Shown here: positions 9,361 through 18,312 of the stretch, in pieces
How the letters are laid out: each line of letters begins with the position of its first letter
Position numbering within the stretch: the first letter of the stretch is position 1
Virus record (IMG/VR): IMGVR_UViG_3300018414_000006
Location: 64,001-119,460 of that record
Reading direction: 5' to 3' (one strand)
DNA length: 55,460 bases
DNA from: a virus
Taxonomy: Duplodnaviria; Heunggongvirae; Uroviricota; Caudoviricetes
Program-made: the position numbers and the translations under genes
Notes under the pieces: model-generated
What the model was told of the DNA's origin: nothing
Database searches by the model: none
What the model saw: only the letters and a program-made list of their open reading frames with translations

Positions 9361-10091
9361 GTTTGTGTTTCTTTGCTTTTGTCAAAAGACTTTTGAATAT
9401 AACGTAAATCAAAAGTCTCGAATCCTGTTTTTTCTGCCACTTCATCAACTGTGTTATGTGATAGTTGTTGAACAGCATTACGAAATTCTTGAATTTTTTC
9501 AGAAGTCATGATTTGGTACAGATCTTCAAGCTTCATAGACTTTTTCAGTTCACGTTTTAGCGCAGTTATAGAACCCTTGCCTGCTAGATATGAAATACAC
9601 AAAGTTTGAATTTGTTTTCGCAGTTCATAGGGATTTATTTTGTAGAAAAGTGCCAGAACTTCTTGCAGTACTGAAGCTTTTGATGCTTGATTTATGTATT
9701 CAGATAAAGCAGGTTCACTTTTCTTGAGAACCCAGTTGTCTTCCTGATTTGCACTAAACTGTAAAGCAGCTTTGACACGTTCTTCAAAAGTTTCTATGCC
9801 AAGAGCTTCTTTCCATAAGCCTTTGCTTATGTTGCAGTAAGACAGTTCAGATGCTGAATCGAAAACAAAATAGACAAGACGGTCTTTTTCAAGATGCACC
9901 TTGTCAATGGTTTTCACCTTGTCAATCAATACGGGCCACACTGGCTGCTCAATACACAGTCCATCTACATCGTAGCTTTCATATTTCAACCCGGTTCGCC
10001 AGCAAAGCGTGTGCGACATATTCAGATTTCTTAACAGATCTGAAAATTCAATCGGAGAACAATCAATGATACCAAATGCAAATAATGCCAT
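9357..10091 (-). CDS. Hypothetical protein with possible C-terminal helix-turn-helix
   Basis: 244 aa; C-terminal TVDEVAEKTGFETFDLRYI resembles an HTH. Confidence 0.55.
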   Translation of the reverse strand: MALFAFGIIDCSPIEFSDLLRNLNMSHTLCWRTGLKYESYDVDGLCIEQPVWPVLIDKVKTIDKVHLEKDRLVYFVFDSASELSYCNISKGLWKEALGIETFEERVKAALQFSANQEDNWVLKKSEPALSEYINQASKASVLQEVLALFYKINPYELRKQIQTLCISYLAGKGSITALKRELKKSMKLEDLYQIMTSEKIQEFRNAVQQLSHNTVDEVAEKTGFETFDLRYIQKSFDKSKETQT

Positions 10092-10129
10092 ATGTCACTC
10101 CTGTATTATCAATATTGCTAAAAGGATTG

Positions 10130-10942
10130 TTATTTGAACAATCTGGACCTGACTAATTTTTCTGCTTCTTTCATTCTTTCAACAGCAATATCAAAATATT
10201 CTTTTTCTTTTTCAATACCGATAAATTTTCTATTCGTATAAATGGCGGCTACTCCAGTCGTTCCACTGCCCATACAGTTATCAAGAATCACTTCATCAGA
10301 TAATGTGTAAGTCTTTATCAGATATTCCATTAACTTGACGGGTTTTTGTGTCGGATGAAAATTTGTACATATATTGTCTTGTTTAATTTTTAAAATAGAT
10401 TTTGGATAATTAGTCAATTCCTGAACAAATTCGCCGTATCCTGCTTCCTGAAACCTATTAAAAAATCTGTGTTTTGCATTAATATTAACTTTTTTACTAG
10501 GTGCAGTGTTATTGTGAGTTTTATTAATTTTTATAAGTCCTTGAGGATAATAAGGCATTCTTTTAGATGATTGACCTTCATGAAGTGTAACGCCTTCAGA
10601 AAATACAACAATATCTTCATGAACATTCAACGGTTTATTTTTGGCATGCACAAAATTACTCGGCCGAGGTTTTTCCCAAATCCAGCAATATTTAAACCAT
10701 TCACGATTTGAACAAATTAGATCAGTAGTAAAAGGTTGAGCTGCTGTTAGTACTATCGTTCTGTTCTTTTTCAGAACTCTTTTATACTGTTTCCATAACT
10801 CTTTCAGAGATATCACTGAATCCCATTTCAGATATGTTGTTCCATAAGGAAGATCACATAATATAAGATCAACAGAATTGTCTGGAATATTTTCCATCTT
10901 TTTCAGGCAGTCTCCAAGAGCAAGCCTGCAATTTTTAATCAT
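10130..10942 (-). CDS. Orphan DNA methyltransferase (N4-C/N6-A, beta class)
   Basis: Motif IV variant DLILCDLPY precedes motif I LDNCMGSGTTG; HPTQKPVKL. Confidence 0.92.
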   Translation of the reverse strand: MIKNCRLALGDCLKKMENIPDNSVDLILCDLPYGTTYLKWDSVISLKELWKQYKRVLKKNRTIVLTAAQPFTTDLICSNREWFKYCWIWEKPRPSNFVHAKNKPLNVHEDIVVFSEGVTLHEGQSSKRMPYYPQGLIKINKTHNNTAPSKKVNINAKHRFFNRFQEAGYGEFVQELTNYPKSILKIKQDNICTNFHPTQKPVKLMEYLIKTYTLSDEVILDNCMGSGTTGVAAIYTNRKFIGIEKEKEYFDIAVERMKEAEKLVRSRLFK

Positions 10943-10993
10943 TAGTATTTCTTCCTTCTATTAAAAAATGGTTTTGTTTTTGCATTATGAGTT

Positions 10994-13240
10994 TCATTGT
11001 TCGTAGGGTTTACCTTCAACAATAGTTGCTATTCCATTTTCCTTGATCACTGTAAAATTCTTTGCGTTCGGATAGTCTTCATCTTTTGGAGTAATCACAA
11101 TTACAGATGGAATCAGCGTGCTCAATACTTTTATAACCTCTTTAAGCATATCAACAGTTTCTTCAGACATGTGTGCAGACGGTTCATCAAGAATAATGGC
11201 AGAACAACGTTTATGCGATGGTACATACGCAAGCAATGCACACACCAGTATCAAAGTAAACAGTGTTGTTTCTGCGCCTGAAAGTTTTCTTACATCAGTT
11301 GTTATAACCTTGTTTCCACTTTTACGATGCACTAACAGAGAAACACGATTATCCCAACGAAACTCGAATCGGTAGTTTTCTATAAAAATTCTCGAAGCGT
11401 AAAGATTAACCCGTTTCATGAGATCATGACTTATTGCTTGAATGACCATTCTTTTGATATTTTTGTCCTGATATCCCTGAACGAGATGCCTGAGCGGTTC
11501 TTCATTTTTAAGCTTTTCTTTCAGTTCACGCAAGCGTGTCCGAATATCATTCAACTGATTCTTGACTGCATTGTGTACATCGAGTTTTGATTGAATTTTA
11601 GAAAACACTTCCTGAACCTGATTCATTTGCTCTGAAAGATCTTTGGAACTTTGTGCTTTCAGTATATCTTTTTTTGTCAGATTCTTGAAATCAATAACCG
11701 TATCAAGATGAGGTTTCATGTATTCAAGAAGTGCTTTTCGTTCTCGAATTTCTATCAACATTCTTTTAAGTACTTCCGTTTGAAGTTTTTTACCTTCAAA
11801 CGGTGCAGGCTCTTTTGGCAAGTTACGAATTTCTTCATGAATCTTGGCCATTGCCAGATATTTCTTTTTTGCTTTTTGTACATTCAACAGTTCCTGTTTT
11901 TTCAAAGTCAGTTCTGTTTTTATTTCTTTTCGCTTTTTGTATGCAATTAGATATTTTTCCGCCTCGTCATAAATATTCAATTTATGACGTATCTCTTTCA
12001 ACTTCTTCTGAATAAGTGCAGGACTCTTGATAGTCACAACCTGACCACACGTTTCACAGATACCCTTTTTGAACTTTTCCGCATGCTTCAGATGATGTGT
12101 ATAAACTCTTTCGAGAGTTTCGAGATTTCCTCGATCTTCATCTGGCGCAACTGTTTTCTCAGGCAGAGCCGGCAAATCATGAATTAGATTTTCAAGTTGT
12201 ACTGTTATCTGTTTTTCCTGTGCTCGATATTTTATATATTTTCTATAGGCATTATCTGTTTCTTTCAACGCATTGCCGTAGCCTGTTTCTTCAATCAGGT
12301 TCACCGCATCTTCGCTAAGATCTGAATATGCTTTTTCATAATTAGCATTATCACGACGATACTGATCCCAGGCTTCAGCATCCCTGGATTCCTCGATTGT
12401 CTGTTTCAGTTCAAACGCATTCAGCTTTTCGGCTTCTTCAAATTCTTCAAAACTGATATTGTTGTTACAGGCAATGTTGAGTTCTTTTATCTGCTTTTGT
12501 GCAGATTCAGCAAACCTTATTAACCGAAGTGTTTCTTGTACTTCAGTGAATACTGTTTGAAGATTTTTCATTCTTTCTTGAAGTTTTACAACACGTTGTT
12601 TATAATTGTCATAGTCTTTTTCTGACAGCAGATTTTCTTTCTGTTTTTTATATTGAATCAACAGTTCGTTATAAGCAGTTTTTACACGTTGTAACTTGTT
12701 CAACTCTGCTACATAAAGTTTTCGTTCATTATCTAGTTGATGAAGATTAAAAAAGGAAGTGAAAAAAGATTTACGCTGTGCTGAAGTGCCCATTACAAGA
12801 GGATGTGGAACACGCGAATCCAGATGAATGTACGTGCTATATTCTTCTTGTGTTATTGGCCATAGTTTTTCAAGATTGGCTTTTGCAATAGATGCAGTAC
12901 GATAATCTTTGTCTTCTCCATTCACCTTGATGGTCAGTTTTTCACTTTTGCCTAAAGCCTGCTTTCGAACAAGAACTTTCTGTCCACGCGCATTGATAAA
13001 TGCTAATGATCGATTGCCCGTACGAAGTCTGTCTTCTTTCTGTCCTACTATAGGATCATCGTAGAGAATGTCTGATACTGCTCCAAACATAAGGCTCTTG
13101 CCTACCCAGTTAGCATTTCTGGAAGATTTGCCACCAGAACGGTTAAGTCCATATATTACAGACAGTCCTTTTGGAATTTTAAACTGCACATTTTGCAATG
13201 GACCTACATCTCTAAGGTGAATGGTGTGAAGGATATTCAA
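10994..13240 (-). CDS. sbcC: SbcC/Rad50-like SMC-family ATPase
   Basis: N-terminal GLN...GKS Walker A, long coiled coil with zinc hook CETC, signature LSGAE, Walker B IILDEP. Confidence 0.88.
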   Translation of the reverse strand: MNILHTIHLRDVGPLQNVQFKIPKGLSVIYGLNRSGGKSSRNANWVGKSLMFGAVSDILYDDPIVGQKEDRLRTGNRSLAFINARGQKVLVRKQALGKSEKLTIKVNGEDKDYRTASIAKANLEKLWPITQEEYSTYIHLDSRVPHPLVMGTSAQRKSFFTSFFNLHQLDNERKLYVAELNKLQRVKTAYNELLIQYKKQKENLLSEKDYDNYKQRVVKLQERMKNLQTVFTEVQETLRLIRFAESAQKQIKELNIACNNNISFEEFEEAEKLNAFELKQTIEESRDAEAWDQYRRDNANYEKAYSDLSEDAVNLIEETGYGNALKETDNAYRKYIKYRAQEKQITVQLENLIHDLPALPEKTVAPDEDRGNLETLERVYTHHLKHAEKFKKGICETCGQVVTIKSPALIQKKLKEIRHKLNIYDEAEKYLIAYKKRKEIKTELTLKKQELLNVQKAKKKYLAMAKIHEEIRNLPKEPAPFEGKKLQTEVLKRMLIEIRERKALLEYMKPHLDTVIDFKNLTKKDILKAQSSKDLSEQMNQVQEVFSKIQSKLDVHNAVKNQLNDIRTRLRELKEKLKNEEPLRHLVQGYQDKNIKRMVIQAISHDLMKRVNLYASRIFIENYRFEFRWDNRVSLLVHRKSGNKVITTDVRKLSGAETTLFTLILVCALLAYVPSHKRCSAIILDEPSAHMSEETVDMLKEVIKVLSTLIPSVIVITPKDEDYPNAKNFTVIKENGIATIVEGKPYEQ

Positions 13241-13243
13241 GAT

Positions 13244-14140
13244 TTAACCTGCAAGTTCTTTGATCAGAAAATAAAGTTCGGATGAAAGCAGATCAGTAGC
13301 GGGTAATTGAAAAGTCAATGCTTGAGCATGTACCTTGATCAATCGTGCATTAACCGCAGCTAATGTACCTAGACTCAGTTTCATATCTTTTGTTGCCTGT
13401 TCAACTGCTTTGTTCTGTGCAGTCCACCATATTTTGGAATGCTTACCAACAACTGCACGATTAAGAAGGAAGGAACTGATCTGAGTAATTTTCTTGACGA
13501 ACATGAACTGATCAGTTACATCAAGCAGCGCTCTTTGTACTCCAGCAAATTTTAGCCCATAAAGACTTGTCATAAGCTCTACAGCAAGACGATCATCTGA
13601 AGATTCAGTTGAGGCAATAACTTCAGAAAGATCTTTGGCTGTTAATTCTTCTGGCGCATCTTCCAGACCATCATAATATTGCTGAAGACTTTGCATCAGA
13701 TTGCCAATAGTGCGCATTTCACCATTAGCATTTTTCACAAGTGACTTTAGAACAGACTTATCTTCAGTCAATACATAATTCATTTTTTCGCCCTTAGCAA
13801 TACGAATAGCCTGTTTCAACAGATCTGAATTGCTGTGCGGTTCAAGAATGAATTGAGTACATCTACTGAGAATTGCTTTTCCTACTGTAGCTCCAAATTT
13901 TGAAGGCTCACTCGAACAGATAATCCACATTGTTCCCGTGCTGGGTTCTTCTAATGGTTTCAACAAACAGTTATGCACTAATAGAGCACTTTCCTCATCC
14001 TGACATACGAAAAAATTTTCATTATCCTTTATTTGAAAATCATATACATCTCTAGGGGATTCAACAGCAAGTACGCTATTTGTAATTTTATTTCGTGTTA
14101 CACTAAATATGTCATTAATCATGTTAAATTCAAGTTCCAC
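13244..14140 (-). CDS. dnaX: C-terminal half of split DnaX-like clamp loader: C-intein (51-57 aa) fused to C-extein
   Basis: Block F DVYDFQIKDNENFFV and block G LLVHN, then extein CLLKPLEEPS ... ILSRC (SRC motif). Start is GTG 14140 or ATG 14122. Confidence 0.92.
   Translation of the reverse strand: MELEFNMINDIFSVTRNKITNSVLAVESPRDVYDFQIKDNENFFVCQDEESALLVHNCLLKPLEEPSTGTMWIICSSEPSKFGATVGKAILSRCTQFILEPHSNSDLLKQAIRIAKGEKMNYVLTEDKSVLKSLVKNANGEMRTIGNLMQSLQQYYDGLEDAPEELTAKDLSEVIASTESSDDRLAVELMTSLYGLKFAGVQRALLDVTDQFMFVKKITQISSFLLNRAVVGKHSKIWWTAQNKAVEQATKDMKLSLGTLAAVNARLIKVHAQALTFQLPATDLLSSELYFLIKELAG
13970..14140 (-). mobile_element. C-terminal fragment of naturally split intein (IntC)
   Basis: Ends His-Asn (Asn codon 13970-13972), followed by +1 Cys (13967-13969). 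Confidence 0.9.
14081..14092 (+). promoter_or_regulatory. Late-promoter motif TGTAATTTTATT, antisense inside IntC, pointing at the endonuclease
   Basis: Identical to the copy at 22481; 28 nt before ATG 14121. Confidence 0.5.
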
Positions 14141-15809
14141 GGAAGTTATTAAAAAAATGAAACAATATGGATATGCCCCACTTGAGAAAAACAGGGGATT
14201 GCAAGTAAAACAATTAATAAAATGTTTAAAACATAAAACAGAATTTTTAGGATATCCTTATTTTATATTAAATGGTAGTAAAGTTTTTGCCTGTGAAAAA
14301 TGTGGAAAAGAACATATAGACAATACAGATGCAGCAGGACTTAATTATTGGAAATTTCCTAATTTATTAAAATATGCGCTTCACAACCACGGAAGATATA
14401 AACATAAAATATTGAAGATTGAAACTGACACAAAAAGAGTAACATTATTATGCCATTCTTCACATAAGATATTTACAACAAATAAGATACTTGCAGAATT
14501 TAGACAAGGAAAAACAGAATGTTTTCATTGTTCTAATGAAACGAAAAAATTAAAATTTTTAAAAATTAAACAGAAAAATACAATTTACTACAATAAAAAT
14601 TATGAAAACAAGTATTATTCATATAGTGTAGAAGGCAAGGTCTGTAAAATACATGGCCTGCTTAAAAAAGGAACTACGAAATGTTATAGTTGCTTTCCGG
14701 CTAAGTATGTTTCGCCATTTAAAAATATGAACAAGGATAAAAGGAAAAATTTTTTGCATAATTTTTCCGTCAATAAAAAGAAATTAGAAGAAAGGTCCAG
14801 GGTCACTTCGTTATTTTTAAAGTTATATCCAAAACTAGACAATATAAAGTTATCAAAACTGCCAAAATCAAGAACTGAATGGCTATTTATTAATAATAAC
14901 GAAAAACTTGTTTTTCATTCTATTACTGGAAAATTAAGAGGTATCAATGAAAAATTTGGGCATACCTCAAAAAATCTTGAACTACATTTATTAAATGAAG
15001 GCATTCAAATGGCAAAACGATTAACACTTAATGACATTCTTTTTAGAATCGAACAAAAGTTTAAAGGAAAAATAAAAGTTTTACGTACCAAAACTATTGA
15101 AAAAACCAATACCAGTTCCCGTAAAATTTTACTTGAATTAAAACATACTTTTTGCGGATCTGTGTGGAAAACATATTCATATAAACTTTTTCAGACAAAA
15201 TATGGTTGTCCCAAATGCGCTTCAAAAATGGCAGGCAGGACCAACAGTCACAAAATGGCACCTTTGGAAAAGTATAGAAAAATACTTGAAAACCGTGTTC
15301 CACACATGAAAATATTAAAGAAGATTAAATCTGAAATTAAAACATCAACTGCATATAATTTTGTGGTTGAATGTAAAAGATGTAATACAAAAATGAATTT
15401 ATCTGGAAGAGATATTAGAACTATACACAGTTGTATTTCTTGTAATCCTAAATTAGGAAATTCTAGCCGGTCTCGTATATGTCAATCTTGGCTAATAGAG
15501 TTAGAAAAATTCTATGGTATAACCATACAAGGGTGCAACTCAAAAGAAAAATTGATACGTTCCGCAGAAAAAATATATCGTGTTGATGGTTTTCACAAAG
15601 AATCAAATACTATATTTGAATTTTTAGGCGACTACTGGCACGGAAATCCTGACTCTTCTTTTTACAATAAAGAAAAATACAATAAAACTTTTTCAAGATT
15701 AATTTGTTTACATAAAAAATACAATATTGTTTATGTATGGGAGAGTGACTATCTAGCAGGACTCCCCCATTCTGGATTTCTAGGAAGGAATCCTATTTTA
15801 TTTCTGTAA
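14109..15809 (+). CDS. Free-standing homing endonuclease, Vsr-like (EDxHD/PD-(D/E)XK) with zinc-ribbon repeats
   Basis: C-terminal YRVDGF...IFEFLGDYWHGNP. Repeated CxxC modules (CEKC, CFHC, CKIHG/CYSC, CPKC, CKRC/CISC). K-rich and very AT-rich. Lies between split-intein halves. Start may be 14121 or 14157. Confidence 0.82.
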   Translation: MSLIMLNSSSTEVIKKMKQYGYAPLEKNRGLQVKQLIKCLKHKTEFLGYPYFILNGSKVFACEKCGKEHIDNTDAAGLNYWKFPNLLKYALHNHGRYKHKILKIETDTKRVTLLCHSSHKIFTTNKILAEFRQGKTECFHCSNETKKLKFLKIKQKNTIYYNKNYENKYYSYSVEGKVCKIHGLLKKGTTKCYSCFPAKYVSPFKNMNKDKRKNFLHNFSVNKKKLEERSRVTSLFLKLYPKLDNIKLSKLPKSRTEWLFINNNEKLVFHSITGKLRGINEKFGHTSKNLELHLLNEGIQMAKRLTLNDILFRIEQKFKGKIKVLRTKTIEKTNTSSRKILLELKHTFCGSVWKTYSYKLFQTKYGCPKCASKMAGRTNSHKMAPLEKYRKILENRVPHMKILKKIKSEIKTSTAYNFVVECKRCNTKMNLSGRDIRTIHSCISCNPKLGNSSRSRICQSWLIELEKFYGITIQGCNSKEKLIRSAEKIYRVDGFHKESNTIFEFLGDYWHGNPDSSFYNKEKYNKTFSRLICLHKKYNIVYVWESDYLAGLPHSGFLGRNPILFL

Positions 15810-16092
15810 TAACAATTCCAGTACACTTGGACACTTTTTCTGAAGAAATATATCCATATTCTTCTGTATATACCGGATGATTTGCTGTTACATCAGCAAA
15901 TCCCCCCAGATTAACAGATTTTTCTACGGAAAAACTTTTTTTGCTTGCTAATATTTCTTTCCATTCGATTTTATTGGAACTATGATTAAAAGATAAAGCA
16001 TATATTTTTTCTCCTTTTTCAATACGATCATGCAATTCTTTGGCAGTTATTTTACCTACTGTAGTGATTATTTTAGTTTCTGCTTCTATGCA
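15793..16092 (-). mobile_element. N-terminal fragment of naturally split intein (IntN)
   Basis: Starts at Cys codon 16090-16092 after SAQ; TxxH block B present. Confidence 0.9.
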
Positions 16093-16464
16093 TTGTGCCG
16101 ATGCATTATTTGATACCAACTGTTGTGCTTCATCCACAACAATGATACGTTTGTTTTTCTGAGGTCTGAATTTTGAAATCTTGATCAATTCTCGAATGTC
16201 ATCGATACTTCGTTCATTGGCAGCATTGACTTCTTTATAATCCTGCATTCCTTCAACTGAACACTCATTGATAGCAGTAGCAATACATCTGGCAAGTGTT
16301 GTTTTTCCAGCAGATGGTGGTCCGAAAAAAGCAATAGCTGAAGGTAGCTTGTTTGTTTTGATCATTCCCTGAATACGTGTAACAACCCCGGTGTGGCCAA
16401 TAATTTTTTCCAGAGTGCGTGGCCTGTATTTTAAATGCAATGCGCTGGTTTGTTGCATAGTCAT
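15793..16464 (-). CDS. dnaX: N-terminal half of split DnaX-like clamp loader: N-extein (124 aa) fused to N-intein (99 aa)
   Basis: KYRPRTL, Walker A GPPSAGKT, EVNAA, Walker B VVDEAQ. Then intein block A CIEAETKI and block B VTANHPVY. Stop TAG at 15793. Confidence 0.92.
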   Translation of the reverse strand: MTMQQTSALHLKYRPRTLEKIIGHTGVVTRIQGMIKTNKLPSAIAFFGPPSAGKTTLARCIATAINECSVEGMQDYKEVNAANERSIDDIRELIKISKFRPQKNKRIIVVDEAQQLVSNNASAQCIEAETKIITTVGKITAKELHDRIEKGEKIYALSFNHSSNKIEWKEILASKKSFSVEKSVNLGGFADVTANHPVYTEEYGYISSEKVSKCTGIVITEIK

Positions 16465-16685
16465 TCTTCCCCTGTATAACGTTCAATTTCTTTATTGATA
16501 TAGATGCCCACCGCTTTTCCTATTTGAAGATACAACTGATTTCTCACTTGACCAATATCTTCATCATCATTCAGAATATGTGTTTCTGACAGAGTTACGG
16601 TAACAGGTTCATACTGACGAATCTGTACAGTTTTTGAAACTGTTAAAGTAATCGATTCCGGTATACATTTAGTCTTTGTAGACAT
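16461..16685 (-). CDS. Small hypothetical phage protein
   Basis: 74 aa, coupled to dnaX-N; ITLTVSKTVQIRQYEPVTVTL beta-hairpin type motif. Confidence 0.6.
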   Translation of the reverse strand: MSTKTKCIPESITLTVSKTVQIRQYEPVTVTLSETHILNDDEDIGQVRNQLYLQIGKAVGIYINKEIERYTGEE

Positions 16686-17343
16686 TTTTGTTCTTCATTC
16701 CATTTAATATATTGTTAACAGAATAATCAATCCTTGATTTATATTTTTTCAGGATTTTTTTATTATTCCAGTATCTTGCTTTTAATGAATTTATAAATTC
16801 ACCTAGCGTTCCGTTAAATTCTCCATGAGTAACACCAATTCCAGAAAAATTTTTATATATAGCAAGATCGTGCAATTCAATATTTTTGAATATCAATATT
16901 TCATTCAAATGTCCAACATATGCGTCTTTTGCAAGATAGAAAGTTCCAGACAGTTTAATATTTCCATATACACATGCATTATATATTAGTGAAATATCGC
17001 CCAATAAACAGGCATTATTGTATAAAGTAGAATTGTTCCATAAAGTTGTTCTATTTCTCAATTTTGAATTATCATGAATACTCGAATTTCCCCATAACTT
17101 TGCATGTTCAGATATAAAAGAGTTCTCATGCATGCTTGCATTACCTCTCACTCCTGAATATTCAATAGCACAGGCATCATCATAAATCCAACAGTTGCCA
17201 TTGTGTGAAAGATTATGTTCAGACTGCACCCATCCACCGAGGTCACCAGCCTTTACATTTGCAAAGTCTTTCAATGCCTGAATTCTACTAACCTTGATGC
17301 CTGTTACGATTTTATTTAATCGTGTGAGTCTGAATTTTCTCAT
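16669..17343 (-). CDS. Hexapeptide-repeat (left-handed beta-helix) protein
   Basis: GDLGGWVQSEHNLSHNGNCWIYDDA followed by six-residue xGNA/S-type repeats. Likely start ATG 17343. Confidence 0.7.
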   Translation of the reverse strand: MRKFRLTRLNKIVTGIKVSRIQALKDFANVKAGDLGGWVQSEHNLSHNGNCWIYDDACAIEYSGVRGNASMHENSFISEHAKLWGNSSIHDNSKLRNRTTLWNNSTLYNNACLLGDISLIYNACVYGNIKLSGTFYLAKDAYVGHLNEILIFKNIELHDLAIYKNFSGIGVTHGEFNGTLGEFINSLKARYWNNKKILKKYKSRIDYSVNNILNGMKNKNVYKD

Positions 17344-17371
17344 ATTATTTACTGAAATCATCTGAATCTGA

Positions 17372-18277
17372 CTAATTTTTCTGCTTCTTTCCTTCTGCCA
17401 TTTTACGAATTGGTAATCGATTCTTTTGCGTACCAGTTTCTTGTGCATTTCTAAGTAATTGTTTTATTTCAGAATCGGTTTTTTTGCACACATCACAATC
17501 AGGATTTTCGCAGTGACCAAACTTCAGAAGTGAGAGTGCTTCTTGCCGGCTAGTGCAATCAAGTGCAGCTCGATGCATTTTCTTGTAACCGGTCAATCGT
17601 TTTTTGACAGTTTCACGAATTTCATTCGTTAGATTCAAATGCCATATTGCGGGCGATTTCAGCGGGTTATCTCTAAGAATAAAGGCATTCATTATTCCTT
17701 CAATCTTTTTTCTGTATTGAAGTTCAAACAGCACTCCATAAGTTTCAATCTGTTCACGATACACAATTCCAGGATTTTTCTTTTTAGATTCAGCCGATGC
17801 AATTGAAGCTGTTTTGAAATCCAGTATCCATAGTTGTCCTTTACGATCAACGTATATAGCATCTATATGTCCTTTTATTCCTTTATAGTCAATTTCAATT
17901 TCATGATATTGAGTTGGAAAATCGCAGCATTCTATTCTACGGGACATTCGATACCATTTGCCACATTCCAGACAATGATAATCTGCAAGAAATCTTTCGC
18001 TTTGACTAAGATAACTTTGCAACACAGTATGCACGGCAGTACCTATATTGACATATAAGGAACTACCGAAATCCATTGTTTGAAACATGCCTCTGGTAGC
18101 ATGATTTATAAAAAATGATAAAGGGCAAAAGGGCAGTTGTGATGGTCGAAGATATAAAATTCTACCTGATTCGGTACGAAAGGCACGAATTACTGATTCA
18201 GCGGTTCTGTTATAGGTTCCAATGAAATCAGCAACTATGCTGTCTTTATATTTTGATAAAGGTCGAATGATTTTCAA
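17372..18277 (-). CDS. Cas4/AddB-like PD-(D/E)XK exonuclease
   Basis: KGHIDAI...ILDFKT, QIETY, N-terminal PSQLPFC plus C-terminal CxxxxCxxC (Fe-S staple pattern). TTG start with SD GAGGAG. Confidence 0.8.
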   Translation of the reverse strand: MKIIRPLSKYKDSIVADFIGTYNRTAESVIRAFRTESGRILYLRPSQLPFCPLSFFINHATRGMFQTMDFGSSLYVNIGTAVHTVLQSYLSQSERFLADYHCLECGKWYRMSRRIECCDFPTQYHEIEIDYKGIKGHIDAIYVDRKGQLWILDFKTASIASAESKKKNPGIVYREQIETYGVLFELQYRKKIEGIMNAFILRDNPLKSPAIWHLNLTNEIRETVKKRLTGYKKMHRAALDCTSRQEALSLLKFGHCENPDCDVCKKTDSEIKQLLRNAQETGTQKNRLPIRKMAEGKKQKN

Positions 18278-18300
18278 AAATGATTACTCCTCACTAACAA

Positions 18301-18312
18301 TGCAATTTTATA
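18301..18312 (+). promoter_or_regulatory. Late-promoter motif TGCAATTTTATA
   Basis: Between divergent genes, 23 nt before ATG 18336. Confidence 0.6.

Noticed and set aside
14141-15792. Group I intron as the explanation for the dnaX interruption
   Set aside because: The gap is entirely filled by an antisense, very AT-rich ORF overlapping both halves, leaving no room for a P1-P9 core. Both halves have their own stop or start, and the intein motifs explain the split.
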